Source of the DNA: Thermoplasmatales archaeon
GTDB taxonomy: Archaea > Thermoplasmatota > E2 > DHVEG-1
NCBI GenBank assembly: GCA_030672305.1
Contig: DAOVGR010000064.1
Span: forward strand, 33,080 to 97,079
Reading direction: 5' to 3'
Length of the DNA stretch: 64,000 nucleotides
Below are positions 37,907 to 48,069 of the stretch, one piece after another. The notes beneath the pieces were generated by a model. It was not told where the DNA came from. It did not search any database and was given only the letters and a program-made list of their open reading frames with translations. A program made the translations under genes and the position numbers. The stretch's first letter is position 1, and the number at the start of each line of letters is the position of its first letter.

Positions 37907-40045
37907 TTAAACTCTTATTAAATCTAAAAGATATTGCAAGGTTGGAAACATGTTAAAGAAATGCTCAAACAATCTAAAATATAATACCTTATTTGATAGT
38001 TTACTCCGTGGTATTTCTATTTCAAATTCAGCAAAATCACTTTCTTCATTATAAGAGTCCTTTGCTTTAGCTTTGATTGTATAATCTCCTTTATTTGCCC
38101 ATGCATGTGAGATATTAATTGTTTCACCTGAGTTATATGGGCCAATCCATGCTTCAATATAGCCATCATCCCAAATAATATAATAATAAATATCATCTAA
38201 TTCAGGATCCGTTGTTGAAAATGTAAATTCATATTCAATTCCTGGTTTTGCTGATTTAGGTCCATCAATTTCTGGAATTAGAGGTGGATTATTAATAAAT
38301 GGGATAATATGTTGTATTGCATCAATATCAGCACCAGGATTTGTTTCATACGGATCACCATCATTATCATCAATTATTTTTATAAATTGAGCTTGCTCAA
38401 CTGAGAAATCATTTAAATCAAACTCAGATGTTCCAGTTGCAAGTCCTAGATATGTCCATGGTCCTGACCAATTTGATGAAATATAAACATCATAGTTATC
38501 ATCTGAATCGTCTTCTTCAAATATTTTAAAATCAACAGAGTCTTCATGATCAATTATTATTCCTTCTTCACCCATATCTAAAATTATATATCCACCTTTT
38601 CCTAAAGATGCACAAATTCCATCTGGTGGACCTAGCGCTGAAATTCCCTCAGTTGGATTATTCTGAAAATTATTCGGGTAACTATATGGATCATAAAAAT
38701 TACACAATGTTACTTGTTCTGCATAAAAATTATCTTCAGAAGTTAAAGAAACATCAAGAACGGTTGTACTACCTTCATTTACAATAACTTGATGTGTTTG
38801 TTCTTGATACCCATTTGCTCTGATAATTACATTGTATGAACCTGGCATTAAGGGTTTATGAAAGTCACCGATTTTTGGATCAGTAAAACAAGGCCAATAA
38901 ACTTCCTCAATCCATATTGTTGCTGCAACTGGAAGGCCCGTATCGATATCAGTTATAACTCCGTTTAAACCCATATCTGCTGCGTCAATTATTTCAAGCA
39001 TTGCATCTCGATTATAATCCCATGCTTGTGGAATATCATTATTTTGAACTTCTATAGTCCAGTCAATATCACCTCGACAACCATATGAAAAATCGTTTGT
39101 ATCTCCTCTTGTTTGATACCAATCATATCCTTCGACAACCCAATAACCATTATGAGATCCATACTGATCTGAAAGAGCTACAATTACCTCATTATCAGCT
39201 ACAGGAGCTCCTTTGTAATTCCAAATATAATTTACTATATCACCAGATGTATGAAATGACAAGGAAAAAACAAAATTATTTTCAAGTGCATGTTTCCGAA
39301 TTACTTTTGTTTCAGGCTGAGAAAATGGTGAAGGACTTCCACCCTCTCCACCCCACATATAACCATAATCTCTATTCAGATCAACACCATTTGCATTATA
39401 TCTCGAAATCATTTCTCGCCCATCTGGATTAACCAGGGGTATAATCCATGTTTCTCTGTTATCAACAAGGTCTTTAATATATGGATCGCTTTCATAATTA
39501 TCAACCAAGTACCAAGCAAGCATTAGGGGAAGCTCTACAGACATTATCTCATTTCCATGATGGCATCCGCAAATTCTAACTTCAGCTTCATTTTCTTCAA
39601 TATCAGGATTATCAGTTAATTTAAGCCCACATATGTTTCTTCCTTCCACGCTGTTTCCAAGAGTATAGAGTTTAGAGATAGAAGGATAGGTATTTGCAAT
39701 ATTTTGTAATTCAGCTATCATTTCAGAATAACTATGAAAATCATCAAGAAATTCAGGATTATTTTTCCATCCCACCATTTCAGCATAATCATTATACAAA
39801 ATTTTTGGTTTTAGATTTTGAGCTTCTAGCCAATTTATTTCTTCATATGATGAAAAAATAATTACATAATTTTCTTTAATTTCAAGTATTGCAAAATCAT
39901 TATCAATTATTTTACCTAATGTCGTAGGCGTAGATAGAGTTATTTGAACCACTGCAGGATTAAACTTGTTATATTTTTGATTATTAATAGCTGAAGCTTG
40001 TGCAAAGGGTAATGCAAACATTAGAATTACTATTATTATTGCCAA
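37907..40045 (-). CDS. Secreted M14 zinc carboxypeptidase with regulatory and PKD-like domains
   Basis: Signal peptide, HHGNE, NPDG, RYNANGVDLNRD, LSFHT; C-terminal amphipathic tail. Confidence 0.92.
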   Translation of the reverse strand: MAIIIVILMFALPFAQASAINNQKYNKFNPAVVQITLSTPTTLGKIIDNDFAILEIKENYVIIFSSYEEINWLEAQNLKPKILYNDYAEMVGWKNNPEFLDDFHSYSEMIAELQNIANTYPSISKLYTLGNSVEGRNICGLKLTDNPDIEENEAEVRICGCHHGNEIMSVELPLMLAWYLVDNYESDPYIKDLVDNRETWIIPLVNPDGREMISRYNANGVDLNRDYGYMWGGEGGSPSPFSQPETKVIRKHALENNFVFSLSFHTSGDIVNYIWNYKGAPVADNEVIVALSDQYGSHNGYWVVEGYDWYQTRGDTNDFSYGCRGDIDWTIEVQNNDIPQAWDYNRDAMLEIIDAADMGLNGVITDIDTGLPVAATIWIEEVYWPCFTDPKIGDFHKPLMPGSYNVIIRANGYQEQTHQVIVNEGSTTVLDVSLTSEDNFYAEQVTLCNFYDPYSYPNNFQNNPTEGISALGPPDGICASLGKGGYIILDMGEEGIIIDHEDSVDFKIFEEDDSDDNYDVYISSNWSGPWTYLGLATGTSEFDLNDFSVEQAQFIKIIDDNDGDPYETNPGADIDAIQHIIPFINNPPLIPEIDGPKSAKPGIEYEFTFSTTDPELDDIYYYIIWDDGYIEAWIGPYNSGETINISHAWANKGDYTIKAKAKDSYNEESDFAEFEIEIPRSKLSNKVLYFRLFEHFFNMFPTLQYLLDLIRV

Positions 40046-40481
40046 TATTTTTTTGTTAACGAAATTATTAATAATTTACTCCCCCTATTATTAAATAATA
40101 ACACGTAATTATATATAAAAATTTCATTCCCGTATTAAAATAAATTTACACTTATACAAGAATTTCTTGTTTTTAATCAATTTTGAAAAAAGATAACAAT
40201 CATTTTATCAATGTAAATCTGTTAAATAGCCCTAGAGTTAATGATCTTTTTATTTCTCTGTTTATACCTAAAATTGTAGATAAGAAATCTAATCATTTAC
40301 TCTTAGTACTTTTTCTTTATTTACAATTAATTAATATAGTAAAAACTTATTTCGTTTTATATATAATGGGATGCAAGATGGGATGCAAAACGCAGTTAGT
40401 CTACTTTATTATTAGATTATTCTTTTTTACAAAATTTCAACTTAAGAAAAAGAATTTAAATAATAATTTTGAGGCTTTATC

Positions 40482-43301
40482 ATGGAAAATGAACCAGATA
40501 TTGTCAAAGAGTTAAAAAAAGCAGAGAAACTTGGTCAATTGAATAGTCTATCACAGACTACAATAGAGATACAAAAAACTAGTAAAAAAGATGATAAAAC
40601 AGTAGATTTTCTTGAAAATTACTTAAATAAAATCAATAGTAACCTTCAGCATAGTAATATAAAAAATATAAGAAGCAAAAAAACAACTAAAAAAAAATTA
40701 ATTGAATCAGAGGAATTCTATAGAACAATATTTGAAAACTCTGCTGTTGCAATTACATTAACAGATGAGAATGAAAATATTATTTCTTGGAATAAATATA
40801 CTGAGAAACTTCTTGGTATGAGCAAAAAAGATCTCTTTTTGAAACCAGTTAATTCTCTATACCCTCCAGAGGAGTGGAGGAAAATCCGTAAGGAAAATGT
40901 TCGACAGAAAGGAATGCAACATCATTTAGAAACAAAAATTTTAAAAAAAGGAAATAAACCCATTGATATAGATATATCAATAAGTGTTTTAAAAAATAAT
41001 CAAGGTTCAATTATTGGATCTATAGGAGTAATCAAAGACATAACTGAGCAGAAAAGGATGGAATATGAACTTGAATCTAAACACAATCTATTGCAATCAC
41101 TTCTAGATAATCTACCAGATTCTATATACTTTAAAGATAAAGAAAGCAAGTTTATAAAAGTCAATAGGGCAAAAGCAAAACAATGGAATACAACACCTGA
41201 AAAAATGGTTGGAAAAACAGATTTTGATTTTTTCTTAAGAGATATTGCTGAAAAAAGATTTGAGGATGATAAAAAAATAATGAAAACAGGGAAATCTATT
41301 TTTAATAAAGTGGAGAAAATAAAGGATAACAAAGGTATTGAACGATGGGTTTTAACTACTAAAATTCCAAGATATAACAGTAGAGGAAATATAATTGGAA
41401 CCATGGGAATATCTAGTGATATTACCAAGTTAAAAAAATCTGAGGAAAAATATAAGAATTTATTTGAAACAGCAATAGATCCTATTGCAATACTTGATAA
41501 AAATGGAAATTTTGTAGATATAAATGCACAAGTCACAAATATTCTAGGATATCATAAGAATGATCTTATTGGAAAGAAATTTAATAAAGCAGAGATTCTT
41601 ACAAAAGAAAGTCTCAATAAAAGTTTAGATATTTTTTTAAAAAGAATGAAAGGTGAAAATGTCCCTACTTATGAAGTTGAAATTATTTCAAAAGATGGTG
41701 ACCTTATACCTGCTGAAATAAATGCCAGTGCTTTGTATGAAAATAACGAAGTAATAGGTGATTTTGTCATAATTAGAGATTTAAGAGAGAGGTATAAAAG
41801 AGAAGAAATTGAAAAGGAACTTGTTGAATCAGAAAATAGATTCAGAGATATCTTTGATTCAACAAGTGATTTTCTACTCTATATTGAAAAGAGCATTATT
41901 CTAGACGTAAATGAAACTGCAGAAAAATTTGGCGGTCTAAAAAAGAATTTGATAATTGGTAAAACAATTTCTGAATTAAACAAACTTTTTTCAAATGAAG
42001 ATTTGAAGAAACATCATGAAGCAGTAAAAAATGCAAGTCGCGGAATTAAAGTCCGGGATTATGAAAGTGATTTAATTTCAAAGGATGGAATAAGATATAA
42101 TTATTTATTTTCAGTTGACTGTATTAGAGATGTCAGAGGAATCAAAGGAATTCTTATCAGAGGAAGAGATATTACACAGCGCCATCAAGCATGGGAAGAA
42201 TTAGTAAAATTAGAAGAAAAATATAGAGTTCTTGCAGAAACATCTGCAGATGGTGTAGTAATTATAGACTCTTTAGGTCGGCTAACATATGTGAATCCTT
42301 CTTTTGAAAAACTTTGTGCCAGAAGGAAAAGTCAGATTTTAGCAACACTTTTTAGGGAGTATCTATCAGACGAATCAGTATACTTCTTTGAGCAGGTATT
42401 TATTGATGCTAGAAAAAAAGATGAAAAAATTGAAAACGTAGAACTTGAACTTGTTCATGCTAAAGGCCAAATTATACCTATTGAAGTGAACATGGCTCCT
42501 TTTAAGAAAGATTGTGAATTTACAGGTATGGTTTGTACAATACGAGATATTACTGAAAGAAGAAGTATAGAAGATGAACTTAAAAAATCAGAGCGGCTAA
42601 AGACTGAATTTATGAATATTGCAGCTCATGAGCTCAAATCTCCAGTCACACCAATCAAGGGTTATCTTGATTTGATTATTTCAGATAAGGATGCAAGTGA
42701 TAGATTAAAGGATTGGGCAAAGGTAAGCTTGAGAAATGCCGAAAGATTACTAAAACTTGTTAATGACATTCTTGATGTTTCAAGGCTTGATACTGATACC
42801 ATGAGATTTGAAATGGAGAGACTTGAAACCCTCGAGATTCTTGAGGAGATTGCAGAGGATATGAAAGCTCCAATTGAAAGTAAAGGTTTAAAATTTTTAA
42901 TAAAAATTCCTAATAATTTACCAAATATTATGGGTGATAGACATCGATTATCTCAAGTTTTAAAAAATCTTCTTGGTAATGCTATTAAATTCACTGATAA
43001 TGGATCAATTGGTATTGAAGTTCAAAAGAAGGATGACCATATCCTAATAATAATTACAGATACAGGTATAGGTATCTCAAAGGATGAGTTAAAAAAGATT
43101 TTTAATAAGTTCTATCAAGCATATACTGGTGATGACAGGAAAAATGAAGGAACCGGACTTGGTTTATTTATCTGCAGAGAAATCCTACAAAAACACGATG
43201 GTGATATATGGGTTGAAAGTGAGCTTGGGAAAGGGAGCCAATTCATTGTAAAGTTACCATATTTACATAAAATGGTCATAAATCTTGGTAATAAAATGTA
43301 G
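40482..43301 (+). CDS. Cytoplasmic multi-PAS sensor histidine kinase
   Basis: Repeated PAS/PAC units, AAHELKSP H-box, NLLGNAIKF, DTGIGI, GTGLGL. Confidence 0.95.
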   Translation: MENEPDIVKELKKAEKLGQLNSLSQTTIEIQKTSKKDDKTVDFLENYLNKINSNLQHSNIKNIRSKKTTKKKLIESEEFYRTIFENSAVAITLTDENENIISWNKYTEKLLGMSKKDLFLKPVNSLYPPEEWRKIRKENVRQKGMQHHLETKILKKGNKPIDIDISISVLKNNQGSIIGSIGVIKDITEQKRMEYELESKHNLLQSLLDNLPDSIYFKDKESKFIKVNRAKAKQWNTTPEKMVGKTDFDFFLRDIAEKRFEDDKKIMKTGKSIFNKVEKIKDNKGIERWVLTTKIPRYNSRGNIIGTMGISSDITKLKKSEEKYKNLFETAIDPIAILDKNGNFVDINAQVTNILGYHKNDLIGKKFNKAEILTKESLNKSLDIFLKRMKGENVPTYEVEIISKDGDLIPAEINASALYENNEVIGDFVIIRDLRERYKREEIEKELVESENRFRDIFDSTSDFLLYIEKSIILDVNETAEKFGGLKKNLIIGKTISELNKLFSNEDLKKHHEAVKNASRGIKVRDYESDLISKDGIRYNYLFSVDCIRDVRGIKGILIRGRDITQRHQAWEELVKLEEKYRVLAETSADGVVIIDSLGRLTYVNPSFEKLCARRKSQILATLFREYLSDESVYFFEQVFIDARKKDEKIENVELELVHAKGQIIPIEVNMAPFKKDCEFTGMVCTIRDITERRSIEDELKKSERLKTEFMNIAAHELKSPVTPIKGYLDLIISDKDASDRLKDWAKVSLRNAERLLKLVNDILDVSRLDTDTMRFEMERLETLEILEEIAEDMKAPIESKGLKFLIKIPNNLPNIMGDRHRLSQVLKNLLGNAIKFTDNGSIGIEVQKKDDHILIIITDTGIGISKDELKKIFNKFYQAYTGDDRKNEGTGLGLFICREILQKHDGDIWVESELGKGSQFIVKLPYLHKMVINLGNKM

Positions 43302-43314
43302 ATTATATCTCTAG

Positions 43315-43665
43315 GTGGTGATATGTATTAAAAAGAAATGCCCAGAATGTGGCTCAAAAGCAGTGAAACTTTATCAAAATAAAAGTTTCGAAGGAAAAAG
43401 ATCCTGGATTCCTATAGTATGGAACTGTACAAAATGTGGTTATACATATTATGTTGCTGCAGATACTCTAATGTACAAGATGGGTGGTGATGTTTATTCT
43501 CAATCATTCAAGAAAAAATGTCCAAAATGCAGTTTAGGTCTAGTAAGATTATATAGACACATTAATCCAAAGTATGGAAAACAAAAATGGATTTCGCAAG
43601 GTTGGTTTTGTTCCAGATGTAAATATGTTTGGATGGATAAAAAGTCCACTCAAAAAGAAAATTAA
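43315..43665 (+). CDS. Multi-Zn-ribbon protein
   Basis: Four CxxC motifs. Confidence 0.7.
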   Translation: MVICIKKKCPECGSKAVKLYQNKSFEGKRSWIPIVWNCTKCGYTYYVAADTLMYKMGGDVYSQSFKKKCPKCSLGLVRLYRHINPKYGKQKWISQGWFCSRCKYVWMDKKSTQKEN

Positions 43666-44591
43666 ACTTGTTTTTTAATTTCTTCAGATATTGGTTTTTT
43701 TTCAAGGCCTTCTTCTCTTTTAGTGATATAGTTTATCCCTAGCTCAGTTAGTTCTATTACATTATATGAAATATATTGAAGGAATTCATATTCTAAAAGT
43801 CTCTTAACAATAGTATCAAATTGAGTTTTTGGTATATGTAATAAAACAACTGCAGTTTCAGCATCCATATCTCTTGATTGAAGTAACTTCAAAAGTTCAA
43901 ACTCTTTTTCAGTTAAGTCTATTTTTTTTTCTAACTCTTCAGGGATTTCACTGATTTCATCAGATAAGTTTTTTACATAATTTTCAATTATTGATTCTAA
44001 ATGTAAATTGTCTAAAACCTCACCCTCCTTGTTGTATAGAAGACAAGATTTTTTTGCAGGGTCATATTTCCAAGAAGCAACATTTTTCCAAGTATAACCA
44101 AGCAAACTAACCTCAGAAGTTCTACCCTTACCCAGTTTTGCTTTTTTTCGTTCTCTACTTCTATAAAGATAATGCTGTTCAATTTGTAAACTTGCTAGGT
44201 CTACACCATAATCAAGAAGTGCATTCATAAGATCATCACCTGCACGTCTTTTCAACTCAGCTATGAAAAAAAGTCCTGCTTTTCCGATAATGTCCATATA
44301 TACTATTCTAATAATTGCCTCAATAGCTCTTCCAACATGCTCTGGTTCAACAGTATCTATTTCAGGTGAAATAGCAATAACCTCATCATCAATTAACTTA
44401 CCTTTATCATCAATTCTTACAAATAACAAAAATTCATGTTTTTGTTCAAGTGTTTTTATTATCGAACCGATAACTTTTGCTGCAAAACCTTCAGTAGTAC
44501 GCCTTCCAGCAACATGATAAAGTGACCTTAATATCTCACCAAGGACATAAGAATTTTTATAGGTTCCCATCTTATTTTTAACGTATTGCAA
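43662..44591 (-). CDS. Hypothetical protein with C-terminal winged-helix-like segment
   Basis: 309-aa ORF; LTEKEFELLKLL...LTELG pattern. Confidence 0.65.
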   Translation of the reverse strand: MQYVKNKMGTYKNSYVLGEILRSLYHVAGRRTTEGFAAKVIGSIIKTLEQKHEFLLFVRIDDKGKLIDDEVIAISPEIDTVEPEHVGRAIEAIIRIVYMDIIGKAGLFFIAELKRRAGDDLMNALLDYGVDLASLQIEQHYLYRSRERKKAKLGKGRTSEVSLLGYTWKNVASWKYDPAKKSCLLYNKEGEVLDNLHLESIIENYVKNLSDEISEIPEELEKKIDLTEKEFELLKLLQSRDMDAETAVVLLHIPKTQFDTIVKRLLEYEFLQYISYNVIELTELGINYITKREEGLEKKPISEEIKKQV

Positions 44592-44710
44592 ACCTATTTA
44601 ATTATCTTTCTCTTAAAAGATGCCTTAAATAAAATAAGATAAGTTTTTCCTAAATCATTATATATTGGAATTTGTTTAGGGCAAGCTATAACTCTTAAGG
44701 AAATCAAATT

Positions 44711-44809
44711 ATGAAACGTAGTTCAAGGGTCTGGAAGAAGAGACACAAAATGCGCTGGAAATGGCGAAAAAAACGTATGCGACGTGAAAAAAGGTCTAGG
44801 AAGAAATAA
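44711..44809 (+). CDS. rpl41e: Ribosomal protein L41e-like (not in track)
   Basis: MKRSSRVWKKRHKMRWKWRKKRMRREKRSRKK. Confidence 0.8.
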   Translation: MKRSSRVWKKRHKMRWKWRKKRMRREKRSRKK

Positions 44810-44820
44810 AAAAACTAACT

Positions 44821-44960
44821 GGGGGCATGGTGTAACCCGGCATCATTGTGGGCTCCAGTTAGGAATGATTAAAAAAGGGTCATCTGATTTGGTGATGAAT
44901 AACTGGAGCGATGACCTTAGAAGAGACCCGCCGATCTGGGTTCAAATCCCAGTGCCCCCA
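44821..44960 (+). tRNA. tRNA-Trp (CCA) with a 67-nt intron at 37/38
   Basis: Acceptor GGGGGCA/TGCCCCC, anticodon CCA at 44855-44857; removing 44859-44925 gives a 73-nt cloverleaf. Confidence 0.93.
44859..44925 (+). ncRNA. Intron-encoded box C/D guide RNA
   Basis: ATGATT, CTGA, GTGATGA and ATGA boxes; guides GGGTC and CTGGAGC complementary to the tRNA exons. Confidence 0.75.
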
Positions 44961-44984
44961 TCCGACTTAATAGGTGAATAAAAT

Positions 44985-45203
44985 ATGGACATGATAAAAA
45001 AAATCAACATAAAAAATTTCAATTTCTATACAATACTATCAATATTAGTTCTACTTGCTGGAATTTTTCTTTACATTGATTGGGCTATAAAATATGGTGT
45101 TTTATATGATCTTGGGATATATTCACTAGTAATAGTCTTTATAATATCTGGAATTATTGGATTTATATTATCTTTAATGAAAAAAGAAGAAATTGAAGAC
45201 TAA
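44985..45203 (+). CDS. Small two-TM membrane protein
   Basis: Hydrophobicity, GGTGA SD. Confidence 0.7.
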   Translation: MDMIKKINIKNFNFYTILSILVLLAGIFLYIDWAIKYGVLYDLGIYSLVIVFIISGIIGFILSLMKKEEIED

Positions 45204-46642
45204 ATCATTTTCCAGGTCAAAATTGGATTTTTTGAAGCACTTACTTCATCAACACGTTTAACTGATGTATTATTTGGCGCACCTTTAACAATATCAGGAT
45301 CTTCATTAGCAATTTTAATTAATGCATCAACATACCGATCTATATCATTCTTAGATTCGGTCTCAGGTGGTTCAATCATCAAAGCTTCCTTTACAATAAG
45401 GGGAAAGTAAATCGTTGGTGGATGAAAGCCATAATCAAGTAGTCGTTTAGCAACATCCATTGCTCTGATTCCTTTTTCCTGTTTTAATTTTTCACAACTT
45501 AATACAAATTCATGTTTTCTAATGGGCTTATAAGGCATTTCATATTGTTTAGAATCAAGAATTTTTTTCTTCATATAATTTGAATTAAGAACAGCAATTT
45601 CAGATGCTTCCTTTAAACCATCTTTACCCATCATTAGTATGTAAATATATGCTTTTAGAAGAACAGAAAAGTTACCATAATAAGCTCTTATTTTCCCAAT
45701 TGATTCAGGAGCATCATAATCAAAAATGTATTTTCCCTCTTTTGTTTTTCCAATCCTTGGAATTGGTAAGAACTTTTCTAATTTTATTTTTACACCAACA
45801 GGACCACTACCTGGACCTCCTCCACCATGAGGTGTGGCAAAAGTCTTATGCAAGTTAAGATGAACTATATCAAATCCCATGTCACCCGGTCTTGCCTTTC
45901 CCATTATTGCATTAATGTTTGCTCCATCATAATAAAGAAGAGCACCTGCATCATGAACCATTTTAGATATTTTAAGAATATCAGATTCAAAGATACCTAA
46001 TGTATTAGGATTTGTTAACATAAAACATGCAGTTTTTTCAGAAAGTGTCTCTTTAAGGATCTCCAGATTGACAGTTCCGTCTTTATTTGAAGGTATTTCA
46101 ATTAATTTATATCCCGCCATTGAAACACTTGCGGGATTTGTTCCATGTGATGTATCCGGAAGAATTACCTCATCTCTAATCCCTTCATTATTATCTTCAT
46201 GATAAGCTCTGGTAAGAATCATTCCTAAAAATTCTCCATGAGCACCAGCTGCTGGTTGAAGAGAGAAAAAATCCATTCCTGTTATCTCACATAGCATCCT
46301 TTCAAGATCAAAGAGTATTTGCAGGTTTCCTTGTATTGTTGATATATCCTGACATGGATGTGTGCCTGTAAATTTATCCCAAGAGGCAATTTCCTCACAT
46401 ATTTTAGGATTATATTTCATAGTACATGAACCAAGTGGATAAATTCCTGTATCAATACCATAATTCATTTGGCTAAGTCTATGAAAATGACGAACAATTT
46501 GAGTTTCATCAAGATCGGGAATATCAATATTTTTATCCCTTTGAAGAGAGTTTGGAATTTTAGAAAAAGTATTAATTTTTTCTTTTTTAGATATTACAAG
46601 CTCATTTAGAAGAGGTTCATCATATATTGCAGATCTATACAT
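45200..46642 (-). CDS. gcvPB: Glycine dehydrogenase (decarboxylating) subunit 2
   Basis: PLGSCTMKYNP, QPAAGAHGE, HLNLHKTFATPHGGGGPG. Confidence 0.97.
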   Translation of the reverse strand: MYRSAIYDEPLLNELVISKKEKINTFSKIPNSLQRDKNIDIPDLDETQIVRHFHRLSQMNYGIDTGIYPLGSCTMKYNPKICEEIASWDKFTGTHPCQDISTIQGNLQILFDLERMLCEITGMDFFSLQPAAGAHGEFLGMILTRAYHEDNNEGIRDEVILPDTSHGTNPASVSMAGYKLIEIPSNKDGTVNLEILKETLSEKTACFMLTNPNTLGIFESDILKISKMVHDAGALLYYDGANINAIMGKARPGDMGFDIVHLNLHKTFATPHGGGGPGSGPVGVKIKLEKFLPIPRIGKTKEGKYIFDYDAPESIGKIRAYYGNFSVLLKAYIYILMMGKDGLKEASEIAVLNSNYMKKKILDSKQYEMPYKPIRKHEFVLSCEKLKQEKGIRAMDVAKRLLDYGFHPPTIYFPLIVKEALMIEPPETESKNDIDRYVDALIKIANEDPDIVKGAPNNTSVKRVDEVSASKNPILTWKMI

Positions 46643-47984
46643 ATGAAACCTCCCTTAATGAATTAACAAGTCTTTCAATATCCTCATCTGAATGAATTTC
46701 TGATATACCAAATAGAATGCAGTTTTTCAGTTCAGGAAAAAATTCATCAAGTATTAAACCGCCTTGAATATCTTTTTGCAGAAGTCTTTTGTTCACCTTT
46801 TTTGCGTCATCTGAACACTTTACAACAAACTCATTAAAATGCGTACCATTAAACCTTAATTTAAAATTATTAATTGAAGCTATTAACTTAGTAAGTTCTT
46901 GTCCTTTTTCAAAATTGATTTTTGAAAGCTTAAAAAATCCTTCAGAACCTAACCATGAAAGGTATACTACAGCAGCAAGCGCATATAAACCTTCATTTGT
47001 ACAAATATTGCTTGTTGCTTTTGCTCTTCTTATATGTTGCTCTCGAGTTTGCAATGTCATACAAAATGCTCTTTTATCATCGCTGTCTTTTGTTATTCCG
47101 ATAACTCTCCCAGGCATTTGTCGCAGGAATTCATTTTTACAAGCAAAAATTCCCAGAGAAGAGCCACCAAAATTCATTGGATTACCTAAAGCTCTACCCT
47201 CACCAATAACTATATCAGCACCATACTCTCCAGGACTTTTAGTAATACCAAGAGAGACTGGGTCAACTCCTACAACAAATAAAGAGCTAGCATCTTTTAC
47301 AATACCTTTAATTTCTTTGATATCATCTTCAAATATCCCAAAGAAATTTGGATTTTCAATATATACACCTGCAGTATCTCCATCGATTTTTTTATTAAGT
47401 TCATCAATATCTATTTTTCCTGTTTTATTATCATAAGAAACTTCTTTGATTTTAATTCCAGGTCCTTTTGCATAATTACTCAAAACATATTTTTTTTCCC
47501 TTGAGATGTTATGAGGCATAATAAAAGTCTTTTTTCTTGTAATACGAGTACACATCAATGCAGCTTCCGAAAGAGAAGTAACTCCATCATAAAGTGAGCA
47601 GTTTGCAACATCCATTCCAGTTATTTCTGCAATCAAGCTTTGGTATTCAAACATAGCTTGAAGAAAGCCCTGACTGGCTTCAGATTGATATGGTGTATAT
47701 GCAGTATAAAATTCAGAACGTGAAGTAATCGATTTTACAATAGCTGGAATATAATGAGGTTTAATTCCACCTCCTAAAAAGCTTAAGAAATCATTATATG
47801 ATTTGTTTTTAACTATAATTTGTCTTAATTTTCGTTCTGTATCTTGTTGAGATAAACCATCAGGAAGATTAATATTTTTAATTTTAATTTTTTGAGGAAT
47901 ATCTAAAAATAAATCATCAATATTGTTTAGTCCCAATTCTTTAAGCATTAGGGTTTTTACAGATGAGTTTGGAACAAACTTCAT
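46635..47984 (-). CDS. gcvPA: Glycine dehydrogenase (decarboxylating) subunit 1
   Basis: YTPYQSEASQG, TREQHIRRAKATSNICTN. Confidence 0.97.
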   Translation of the reverse strand: MKFVPNSSVKTLMLKELGLNNIDDLFLDIPQKIKIKNINLPDGLSQQDTERKLRQIIVKNKSYNDFLSFLGGGIKPHYIPAIVKSITSRSEFYTAYTPYQSEASQGFLQAMFEYQSLIAEITGMDVANCSLYDGVTSLSEAALMCTRITRKKTFIMPHNISREKKYVLSNYAKGPGIKIKEVSYDNKTGKIDIDELNKKIDGDTAGVYIENPNFFGIFEDDIKEIKGIVKDASSLFVVGVDPVSLGITKSPGEYGADIVIGEGRALGNPMNFGGSSLGIFACKNEFLRQMPGRVIGITKDSDDKRAFCMTLQTREQHIRRAKATSNICTNEGLYALAAVVYLSWLGSEGFFKLSKINFEKGQELTKLIASINNFKLRFNGTHFNEFVVKCSDDAKKVNKRLLQKDIQGGLILDEFFPELKNCILFGISEIHSDEDIERLVNSLREVSYV

Positions 47985-48069
47985 AAATTCCCCAAAACGG
48001 TAATAATAATATGTTAAAGAAGCTTTAGGTAATTGAAATAATTTTGTTAATTAGTATAGCGCCTTCGTT

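Noticed and set aside
40183-40515. 110-aa ORF upstream of the kinase
   Set aside because: AT-rich intergenic region with no SD or motif, overlaps the kinase start; unsupported.
44784-44981. 65-aa plus-strand ORF
   Set aside because: Overlaps rpl41e and tRNA-Trp.
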